The notes under the pieces were generated by a model. The model searched no databases and was not told the DNA's origin. It saw only the letters and a program-made list of their open reading frames with translations. Of a stretch of 32,000 nucleotides of DNA, positions 6,890-14,787 are shown in pieces. This DNA is from Candidatus Heimdallarchaeota archaeon B3_Heim. Lineage in GTDB: Archaea; Asgardarchaeota; Heimdallarchaeia; Hodarchaeales; Hodarchaeaceae. The translations under genes and the position numbers were made by a program. The stretch lies in NCBI GenBank assembly GCA_003144275.1, contig NJBF01000006.1, positions 77,677 to 109,676 of the forward strand. The letters run 5' to 3'. Each line of letters starts with the position of its first letter. The stretch's first letter is position 1.

Positions 6890-9178
6890 TTAGAGGGGAA
6901 ATACCCCTGCCATTAGTAAACCGATGATAATAATTGCAATTGCACCCAGTAAGGAGTACAGTGCGTAATTTTCGACTACTCCCGTTTGAACGTGACTCAT
7001 ATATCTCCCAGTCTTCATAACACCTTTAGCTGAGCCCCTTATTAACCCTTGATCGATGATTCGTTCATCTGTTGCTTTTGCTAAACTACACAATGCAACT
7101 GAGGCACGACCTGTTAAACGAACCAAACCATCTATAACCGTATCATCCCACCACTTAGAAAAACCACAGAGCGCAAAACCAATTCTTCCAGTTAATCTCA
7201 CAGCTCGATCGAAGACGTTCTTCTCGATCCAGTTCATAGCTTCACAATAGTACTCATAGAATAGATGAACAAGTTTCAGATATAGGGTATCAATATAATA
7301 TCCATTTTCCAATATTAGTTGAACTCCCCGACCAGGTGCTGAAGCCTTTACTCCACGTACAAAAGATCGAACTTTCAATTGAATATTTGTAATTCTATCA
7401 GATGGTGCCTCAGGTACATCTATTTTGAAGGAAGGTTCATCTTTTGGAAAAGTGATTTGAGCTTTTGCACGGGGGTAGTAAATCAAATACGCTAGAGCTA
7501 TTCCAATAGTGGTTACAAAAATTGAGGTGCTACCTGTCTCAAAATCGAAAACTGGCCCTATTCCACCTTCTAACCATTCCACCATATGGTGTTCAATATT
7601 AAAAAGTGAAAAAAGCTCAATTTTGAACGTACTTCCTATCAGACCAACTGAATATATTCCCGCTAATACCAATGATACAATAGCTAGGATCCATAATGGT
7701 TTAGTCATCCATCCATCAGATTCATGAATATCATGACCAGAACGATTTTCGCCTGGAAAAACTAGGAACCACATTCTAGAAATGTAAAATGCTGTTAAGA
7801 ACGCTGTAATTAACGCAGAAAGCCAAACTAGCGCGATTAATGGTTCATGTACTATATGGTTCCTTGCATGTGAAATAATTGCATCTTTGCTAAAGAATCC
7901 ATTTCCGAAGCCTGCAAGTGAAAGTGAGCCTATAGCCATAACCTTCCAAGTATCAGGCATATGTGATTTTAAACCACCCATTTCACGAATATCTTGCGTT
8001 CCAGATCCATGAATGACTGAACCTGCAGATAAAAAGAGCAAAGCTTTGAATATCCCATGGTTAATGACATGAAAGATAGCGACCGCCATTCCTCCCACAC
8101 CTAAACCTATGGTCATATATCCTAGCTGGCTGATAGTGGAAAACGCCAAAATACCTTTGATATCTGTCTGAACTAATGCAATAGAACCGGCCATGATTGC
8201 TGTAATTCCACCAATGAGAGCAACAATTAACAAAGCATTTGAATCTGCAAATTCAAAAACGAAGTAACTACGAGCTATCAAAAAAATTCCTGCTTTCACC
8301 ATCGTTGCGCTGTGGATTAGACAGCTAACCGTAGTAGGTCCTGCCATGGCGTCAGGTAGCCATACATGAAGTGGGAATTGAGCTGATTTTCCAACAGCTC
8401 CACCAAAAATTAATAAGGCGATGAATGCGAACAATCCGGGATCAAAGATTCCAGGAATTACTCCTGCTTCTATCATATGTCTAATTTCAATAAAATCGAA
8501 AGAGGGATGATATATTCCATGATATCTTTGTGAAGCTGCAACAGTAACGAGATAAAGCAATATTATTCCTGCGAATAAGAAGATATCTCCTATCTTGGTT
8601 GTCAAGAACGCCTTTTTAGCTGCCGAAGCTGGATGAGGTTGTCCTTCTGGTACAACTTCTTTTTCATAGAAATAACCAATTAGTAAGTAACTGCAAACAC
8701 CCATAAGTTCCCACCCGATGAAGAGTTGAATAAAATTTGGGGACAAACAAAGGGTTAACATTGCTGCTGCGAACATGTTTATTTCAGCATAATAACGAGG
8801 AGACCCCTCGTGAGACATATAACTTCTACTATACACAACCACTAGAAAAGCTATAAGAGCAACCATTAAACTTACAATAACTGAAAGAGGATCAAGAAGT
8901 ACACCAATTTCTACTTTTACATCCCCTACTTGAAACCATGTTGTGACAATTTTTTCTTCTATATGTGCATGATCAAAGAGAAGACGAAAAATAATTTCGC
9001 CCGAAACAAGTAGAGTTAAAATAAGACTTCCGCCAGTTGCAATAAGTGCAATCAAATTTCCGTGTGCTTTTTTGTCATAATATTTTCCAATAAACAGTAC
9101 AATGAAGGATGCTACAATTGGAATAATTGGTATAAGAATAGCAAAATTGCCAAAAATCAGTATTACTTCTTCAGCCAT
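6890..9178 (-). CDS. nuoL: Complex I-like antiporter-like subunit L, unusually long (762 aa) with an extended lateral helix
   Basis: FIGWELMGVCSYLLIG, GKSAQFPLHVWLPDAMAGPT, HSATMV, FKALLFL, FFSKD; C-terminal YYID...QTG...Y plus final TM. Confidence 0.96.
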   Translation of the reverse strand: MAEEVILIFGNFAILIPIIPIVASFIVLFIGKYYDKKAHGNLIALIATGGSLILTLLVSGEIIFRLLFDHAHIEEKIVTTWFQVGDVKVEIGVLLDPLSVIVSLMVALIAFLVVVYSRSYMSHEGSPRYYAEINMFAAAMLTLCLSPNFIQLFIGWELMGVCSYLLIGYFYEKEVVPEGQPHPASAAKKAFLTTKIGDIFLFAGIILLYLVTVAASQRYHGIYHPSFDFIEIRHMIEAGVIPGIFDPGLFAFIALLIFGGAVGKSAQFPLHVWLPDAMAGPTTVSCLIHSATMVKAGIFLIARSYFVFEFADSNALLIVALIGGITAIMAGSIALVQTDIKGILAFSTISQLGYMTIGLGVGGMAVAIFHVINHGIFKALLFLSAGSVIHGSGTQDIREMGGLKSHMPDTWKVMAIGSLSLAGFGNGFFSKDAIISHARNHIVHEPLIALVWLSALITAFLTAFYISRMWFLVFPGENRSGHDIHESDGWMTKPLWILAIVSLVLAGIYSVGLIGSTFKIELFSLFNIEHHMVEWLEGGIGPVFDFETGSTSIFVTTIGIALAYLIYYPRAKAQITFPKDEPSFKIDVPEAPSDRITNIQLKVRSFVRGVKASAPGRGVQLILENGYYIDTLYLKLVHLFYEYYCEAMNWIEKNVFDRAVRLTGRIGFALCGFSKWWDDTVIDGLVRLTGRASVALCSLAKATDERIIDQGLIRGSAKGVMKTGRYMSHVQTGVVENYALYSLLGAIAIIIIGLLMAGVFPL
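6995..7228 (-). repeat. Three degenerate 26-aa tandem units in the NuoL lateral helix
   Basis: VFDRAVRLTGR / VIDGLVRLTGR / IIDQGLIRGSA; the conserved Asp codons lie at 7208, 7130 and 7052, exactly 78 nt apart. Confidence 0.88.
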
Positions 9179-9196
9179 GATTTGTCACCCGAGTTT

Positions 9197-9508
9197 TTAT
9201 CCTTTCAATGATTGAAAGTCTGTTGCCTCCACTGTTCCATGATTACGATAAACGGACAAAATAATTCCCAATCCTACTGCTGCTTCTGCAGCTGCCAATG
9301 CTATGCTAATAATTACTGCTATTTGTCCTGTTACAAATCCTACATCATTATAAAGTGCAAAAATTGCAAAATTGATATTCGCCGAGTTCAACATTAATTC
9401 TACTGCAATAAGCATACGTATTGCTGATTTAGATTTAATAAAACCTGCTAAACCAATGAAAAATAATAATAATGCTATACCTACAAAAATTGAAGCATCT
9501 GCGATCAT
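9197..9508 (-). CDS. nuoK: Complex I-like subunit K
   Basis: 103 aa, 3 TM, AVELMLNSAN and AAAEAAVGL. Confidence 0.95.
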   Translation of the reverse strand: MIADASIFVGIALLLFFIGLAGFIKSKSAIRMLIAVELMLNSANINFAIFALYNDVGFVTGQIAVIISIALAAAEAAVGLGIILSVYRNHGTVEATDFQSLKG

Positions 9509-10074
9509 AGATCCTCAACCTCCTTCTTTACAAGATAGACACTTCCAAGCATTGCTCCTAACAGTAACAATCCTAAAGTGAGAATTGTGCCTCCGTGCGT
9601 AGTAAACATTTGTTCAGCCAAGTTACCTATTAACACGTTGTCAAAATTTTCAACATCTTTTGCAGCTAAATCTTGAAGAGCCCAAAAAACACTACTTACC
9701 TGAGTGAGAACATATGCTGTAATCATGAATAACAAAAATGCTCCAGCAAAGCTTAAGCGCCAATCCATCAATTTTCCTGAACCTGGTTTTTCAAACATGG
9801 CATCTTTCCCTGATAACGAAATAGCGAATAGCATTAAGATTGTAATACCGCCAGCGTAAACAATTATTTGTATAACCAATAATAATGCAGAGCCAGCATA
9901 AAGCAAGAAAATCATAGCAACTCCGAGGAGACAGAATATTAGCCATACAACTGCGTGATAGACACTTTTAACGGAAACTGCGAGGTATGCAGAGCCAGTC
10001 GTATATATGACGAGTAAAAATAATACAAAATATTCTAACAGTTCAAATAATTCAGGTGGGATCAAATAGGCCAT
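9505..10074 (-). CDS. nuoJ: Complex I-like subunit J
   Basis: QIIVYAGGITILMLFAISL motif; hydrophobic; stop overlaps the nuoK ATG. Confidence 0.92.
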   Translation of the reverse strand: MAYLIPPELFELLEYFVLFLLVIYTTGSAYLAVSVKSVYHAVVWLIFCLLGVAMIFLLYAGSALLLVIQIIVYAGGITILMLFAISLSGKDAMFEKPGSGKLMDWRLSFAGAFLLFMITAYVLTQVSSVFWALQDLAAKDVENFDNVLIGNLAEQMFTTHGGTILTLGLLLLGAMLGSVYLVKKEVEDL

Positions 10075-10076
10075 AA

Positions 10077-10733
10077 TTAACTCTCCTTATTAGTCTCCGT
10101 CAGTAGCTTTCGATTATCTTGATATTCTCTATCACCATACTTCTCTACATACTCTTTCCAGTGATCTGCATATTCTTTTGGATAATAGAGCTTGAACAAC
10201 CCGTATAAATCTTGATAATCATGATATAATTCTTCTTTATTGGACGTTGCTGCATCAAATCCAGGTGTATGATGTAATGCATCATACTTACACGCTTCTA
10301 CACAAAAACCGCAGTAAAGGCATCTCCCGATGAAAATTTGTGGGTGTAACAACGGTCGGGGGGATTTTCCTTCACGAGCTTTTTGTTTTTCTACCCAATG
10401 TGCTGGAGTAGGGGTAATTTCAACCATTTCTATGCATTTATTTGGACAAACTCGTTCACAGGCTTTACAACCTGTACAGTTTGGTGCATTTAAACCAATT
10501 AATCCCCGAGAATTTGGTGAGATGTGGGGTGTTGCTTCAAACACATCGGAAAATGTTAATTCTCGATCAAGGATAGTTTGACCCTTTTCAGCCAATGCTT
10601 CTGGGAAATAGATTGTATCCTTATTCCGACGATCACCGTCATATATGGCAATCGGCTTTTTAAAGAGTAATCGCCCTACGTAAGCTAATGGCCGAGTTAT
10701 CAAGACATTAGGAATTAATTTGAAATTCACCAT
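10077..10733 (-). CDS. nuoI: Complex I-like 2x[4Fe-4S] subunit I
   Basis: CTGCKACERVCP and CLYCGFCVEAC motifs; position in the operon. Confidence 0.93.
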   Translation of the reverse strand: MVNFKLIPNVLITRPLAYVGRLLFKKPIAIYDGDRRNKDTIYFPEALAEKGQTILDRELTFSDVFEATPHISPNSRGLIGLNAPNCTGCKACERVCPNKCIEMVEITPTPAHWVEKQKAREGKSPRPLLHPQIFIGRCLYCGFCVEACKYDALHHTPGFDAATSNKEELYHDYQDLYGLFKLYYPKEYADHWKEYVEKYGDREYQDNRKLLTETNKES

Positions 10734-10734
10734 T

Positions 10735-11877
10735 TTAACTCACAACACCAAATAATGCTGGATTCATAAGAAACATAACGATAATTAAGAATATATTTAC
10801 AAAAGCAAGAGGTATTAGACGTTTCCAACCGATATCTAACAATTGATCTATTCTGACTCTCGGTAGGGCAGCTCTAACCCATATAAATATGAAAATAAAT
10901 GCCCAGATCTTTACAACAAGAATTGCTGTTGATAGTAAAGGGATACTTTCAATTGTGCTCGCTGGGATAAACGGTAGATAGGCCCCACCCCAAAAGAGGG
11001 ATACACCAATAAAGGCACCAATCAGCAGAATAAAGTATTCTGTTGCCATCGACATCATATAACGAAAGCCAGTTAATTCCGTTCGCCACCCCATGACTAA
11101 TTCTGCTTCTGCCTCGGGAATATCGAAGGGAATTCTTTCAGTTTCTGCAGCTAAAGACACCATAAATACTACAAATCCAATAGGCATGAAAATCATAAAT
11201 GGAAGTCCTGCAGGAGTATAGGTTTGTTGGTAGGCGATATCAACCAATGAAAATGAATTGGTTACTATTACTACTGCGCCAACAGACAAGATCAGGGGAA
11301 TTTCATAACTAATCATTTGAGCTGCTGATCTAAATCCTCCGAGTACTGAATATTTATTATTTGAAGACCATCCAGTTATCAAAACACCTACAGGATAGAG
11401 AGAGAACAGTGCAAAGATTAATAGAAAACCAACTGCAGGATCTGCTATAACTTGGGTTGCTCCAAGTGGAAGTAATGCTCCGAGCATAAATGGTGGAGCA
11501 ACAACGAATGCAAAAAAACCAATGTTAAAAGGAAATTTGTCCGCTTTTTCAGGTACGATATCTTCTTTCGAAAAAAACTTAAGAAACTCTGCTATATTTT
11601 GTAGAAGCCCAAACTTCCATGTTCGTCCGAAAAAATGCCCATAGTTGAAATCTATGAACACAGGGCCTCGTCTATTCATCATACGACCTACAAGTTTTCT
11701 TTCAAACCAAATTAGTAAGATAGTATTAACAATTAGGAATACCAAAATTGAGGTCATTTCTAAGCTATCGATTAAAGTTAAACGTAAAGAATCTTGAAAT
11801 TCAACCTGACCTGGTAAAATATCACTGATTAATCCGAGTAACCAGTCAGCAAACCCTTCATATATACCGTAACCCAT
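10735..11877 (-). CDS. nuoH: Complex I-like subunit H
   Basis: WFERK...RRGP, SNNKYSVLGGFRSAAQMISYE, ERIPFDIPEAEAEL, PRVRIDQL. Confidence 0.96.
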   Translation of the reverse strand: MGYGIYEGFADWLLGLISDILPGQVEFQDSLRLTLIDSLEMTSILVFLIVNTILLIWFERKLVGRMMNRRGPVFIDFNYGHFFGRTWKFGLLQNIAEFLKFFSKEDIVPEKADKFPFNIGFFAFVVAPPFMLGALLPLGATQVIADPAVGFLLIFALFSLYPVGVLITGWSSNNKYSVLGGFRSAAQMISYEIPLILSVGAVVIVTNSFSLVDIAYQQTYTPAGLPFMIFMPIGFVVFMVSLAAETERIPFDIPEAEAELVMGWRTELTGFRYMMSMATEYFILLIGAFIGVSLFWGGAYLPFIPASTIESIPLLSTAILVVKIWAFIFIFIWVRAALPRVRIDQLLDIGWKRLIPLAFVNIFLIIVMFLMNPALFGVVS

Positions 11878-11887
11878 CTTCTATCAC

Positions 11888-12976
11888 CTATCTATCGATT
11901 TCTCCCATGCAAAGATCTGCACTAGCTATAATTGGTGGAATATCAGCAACTTTGCCACCCGTTATCAAATGCGAAGTTAAACATAGATTGGAATATGCTG
12001 GTGATTTTATCTTCACACGGTAAGGGATTTTATCATCGTTCCCAATAATATAATATCCTGCTTCACCACGAGGATCTTCGGTTCTAAAATAAACTTCTCC
12101 TTGAGGGAGTCTCCTGGGTGCCTTCTGATTAATTTCACCTTCTGGAGGGAGATTATCTAAAGCTTGACGTATAATGTGAGTAGACTGTCTTATTTCCTCC
12201 ATTCTAATTTGGAATCGTGCTAAGCAATCTCCACCAGTTCGGACTGGAACCTCAAAATCCAGTTCAGGATAGACTAAATACGGTTCAATCTTTCGAATAT
12301 CACCCTGAACTCCTGATGCTCTTAAAACAGGGCCAGTTGCCCCAAGATTCAGAGCGTTCTCTTTTGAAAGAACACCTACCTCCACACTTCGAAGCATAAA
12401 AACCTTCGAATCTTCTAACATTGCGCTATATTCTTTTATACGCTCATCAAGATAGTAAGTCAGTTTTCTCGCATCATTAACAAAACCCTGAGGGAATTCA
12501 TGCTTCAGTCCTCCTACACGAAAATAATTATACATCATTCGAGAACCTGTAACATGTTCTAATAAGTCAAGAACATATTCTCTTTCCCGGTACGGGATAA
12601 CAAGCATTGTCAATACTCCCAAATCTCCCGCGTAAGCAGAAAGCCATGTGAAATGCGATGCAATTCGTTGAAATTCGAGCATTATCACTCGCATATATTG
12701 AGCTCGTTTGCTAACTTCCATCCCTAAAAGTTTCTCAATTGCCATTATGTAAGTCCCTTCCCATGACATTGCTGAGACATAGCATAATCTATCTGCAAGT
12801 GGCTGAAATGTATCATAAGGACGTGATTCAGCCATTTTTTCAATCATACGAAAAATATAACCAATGAGGATTTCTGAACCAACAACTTGTTCTCCCTCAG
12901 TCTTAACTTTTAATGTCCACAAACCATGATTAACTGGATGCTGAGGACCCATATGAATATACATTTGTTCACTCAT
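11888..12976 (-). CDS. nuoD: Complex I-like quinone-binding subunit D
   Basis: MGPQHPVNHG, DRLCY, GATGPVLRASGV, EDPRGE, C-terminal GEIDR. Confidence 0.96.
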   Translation of the reverse strand: MSEQMYIHMGPQHPVNHGLWTLKVKTEGEQVVGSEILIGYIFRMIEKMAESRPYDTFQPLADRLCYVSAMSWEGTYIMAIEKLLGMEVSKRAQYMRVIMLEFQRIASHFTWLSAYAGDLGVLTMLVIPYREREYVLDLLEHVTGSRMMYNYFRVGGLKHEFPQGFVNDARKLTYYLDERIKEYSAMLEDSKVFMLRSVEVGVLSKENALNLGATGPVLRASGVQGDIRKIEPYLVYPELDFEVPVRTGGDCLARFQIRMEEIRQSTHIIRQALDNLPPEGEINQKAPRRLPQGEVYFRTEDPRGEAGYYIIGNDDKIPYRVKIKSPAYSNLCLTSHLITGGKVADIPPIIASADLCMGEIDR

Positions 12977-12978
12977 GG

Positions 12979-13497
12979 TTAGACCTCCTTATTGGGTTGT
13001 GGTTTATAGGAAAAAGGTTTTTCTGGTAAAGTGTATGCTCTTCTCATAGGGTACAATTCGGAAATGTGTTTATGTTCATAATCGTCCCAATCTTCGGGGA
13101 GTAATAACCGTTTCAAGTTAGGATGCCCAGATACGTGAATTCCAAACATATCATACAGCTCCCTCTCGTGCCAATTCGCAGAAGCCCAGATGGATGTTAT
13201 TGAGGGAACTTGGGATTTATCTCGATCATCCAGCTTGACACGGACTTGGATGACCGTTGAATCTCCATCCCAGCGATCGATGTGATATACTACATCAAAA
13301 TGAGTTTCCCAATCAACTCCAGAAATAGCTTCCAAAGATGGAAATTCCAAATCCTGAGCTACAAAGGTCATTACCTCAAAAAGATTGTCAGAACTAGTTT
13401 TAATTTCAAGACGGGAATCAGCGATAATTTGAACATCATCGATTTTTCCTGAAAGTTTTTCCTGAATTTGCTTTCTGTGTTCCTCTATAGGCGTCAT
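12979..13497 (-). CDS. nuoC: Complex I-like subunit C
   Basis: ISGVDW, SANWHERELYDMFGI, GHPNLKRLLLPEDW. Confidence 0.95.
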   Translation of the reverse strand: MTPIEEHRKQIQEKLSGKIDDVQIIADSRLEIKTSSDNLFEVMTFVAQDLEFPSLEAISGVDWETHFDVVYHIDRWDGDSTVIQVRVKLDDRDKSQVPSITSIWASANWHERELYDMFGIHVSGHPNLKRLLLPEDWDDYEHKHISELYPMRRAYTLPEKPFSYKPQPNKEV

Positions 13498-14129
13498 TTC
13501 TCTTCTTCCTCCAGTAATTTGCCTTTAAGGATTATCCGATGATCTATCAAGGGAGGGGCTCTCTCATAGAACTCTCTAGGAAGCTCTCGAAGAGGTTCTG
13601 GGACATAAACACCATCTGCTTTTATTTTTTCTTGAAGACGATGAAGTCCAGCCCACATTGCTTCTGGTCTGGGGGGACAGCCTGGTACATAGATATCAAC
13701 AGGAATTACTTGATCAGTTCCTTCCAAAATTGTTGGAGCTTGCCAAAATGGACCTCCACTTATAGCACATTCTCCTGTAGCGAAAACCCACTTCGGTGCT
13801 GCCATCAAATCGTAAACGGTTCTCAATCGTGGAGCTGCTTTGATAGTCATTGGCCCATTAATCCATAGAACATCACAATGACGGGGACTTGCCCGAGCTA
13901 AAATTCCTATTCGCTCTGTATCATACCGAGAAGCCATTGTTGCAGCCATTTCAATAGCACAACATTTCATACCTAAAAATACTGGGTATAAACTGGCTCT
14001 TTGACTCCAATTCCTTAACCAATTCAGTATTACCGTCGTAAAATTTCGACTTTTCGTTAACACCACATTGGGCATTGGTTCATAGATTTCAAGCTCTCCA
14101 AGAGCTTTTAATTCTTTATATTCAGCCAT
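13494..14129 (-). CDS. nuoB: Complex I-like N2 [4Fe-4S] subunit B
   Basis: CCAIEM, ASPRHCD, GECAISGG, DIYVPGCPPRPEA. Confidence 0.96.
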   Translation of the reverse strand: MAEYKELKALGELEIYEPMPNVVLTKSRNFTTVILNWLRNWSQRASLYPVFLGMKCCAIEMAATMASRYDTERIGILARASPRHCDVLWINGPMTIKAAPRLRTVYDLMAAPKWVFATGECAISGGPFWQAPTILEGTDQVIPVDIYVPGCPPRPEAMWAGLHRLQEKIKADGVYVPEPLRELPREFYERAPPLIDHRIILKGKLLEEEEK

Positions 14130-14132
14130 GCT

Positions 14133-14501
14133 CTACACCCAAGACATTGTTCCCTTTTTCATCCAAAAGAATACCCCGAATAGCACTAAAGCTGCGAAAA
14201 GCCCCATGACGATCATAATTGTTACTTGATTTGTAACAATCCTAAAAGAATAAGCCCAAAGAAGAAAAAGAATTGTTAAGATGTCAAATACTACAAAAAC
14301 CACTGCAAAAGTAAAGAATTGGATATTAAATCGTACTTGGGCAGTACCAATTGGTTTTTCTCCACATTCGTAAGTTGCTGTTGACGCTTTTAACCGGGGG
14401 ATACTAGGTGAAAGAATCAGCTGGATTATTTTGATAGCTATTGGACTTGCGAGACCTGCAATTAAAAATAAACCGAAGTGTGTGATTTGCTCGTCATACA
14501 T
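14133..14501 (-). CDS. nuoA: Complex I-like subunit A
   Basis: YECGE, FVVFDI, 3 TM, 122 aa; first gene of the operon. Confidence 0.95.
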   Translation of the reverse strand: MYDEQITHFGLFLIAGLASPIAIKIIQLILSPSIPRLKASTATYECGEKPIGTAQVRFNIQFFTFAVVFVVFDILTILFLLWAYSFRIVTNQVTIMIVMGLFAALVLFGVFFWMKKGTMSWV

Positions 14502-14612
14502 GAGATTCCCATTAATGAGTGAATTTGAGTTAAATTATGAATTAAATAACCGATCACGAAGGTAGTTCGTATTATTTTTATGATCGGTATCTAACCTGTC
14601 CATAAATTTTCT

Positions 14613-14630
14613 TTTATAAACGATTTTCCC
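14613..14630 (-). promoter_or_regulatory. Candidate BRE/TATA promoter of the nuo operon
   Basis: The minus strand reads GGGAAAATCG-TTTATAAA, about 110 nt upstream of the nuoA ATG. The region is AT-rich, so a chance match is possible. Confidence 0.45.
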
Positions 14631-14747
14631 TTCAAACTACCCATTTATTAATATCTTTCTCGAAATGATTAGAGAATGAACAATAATTAACTATACCGTA
14701 ACAGTTCTGTAATTAGGATGCAACTTGTAAACATTGTAAACAGAGCA

Positions 14748-14756
14748 TTTTATTAA
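14748..14756 (+). promoter_or_regulatory. Candidate TATA box of the radical SAM gene
   Basis: TTTTATTAA ending 32 nt before the GTG start. Confidence 0.3.
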
Positions 14757-14787
14757 CTCAGAGATAAGCGCTCTTCCTGATGTTAGA

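Noticed and set aside
11888-14129. Group 4 [NiFe]-hydrogenase (Ech/Mbh/Hyf-like) interpretation
   Set aside because: The large subunit lacks both complete CxxC motifs and has the NuoD-type HPxxHG and GEIDR; gene order is canonical nuo.
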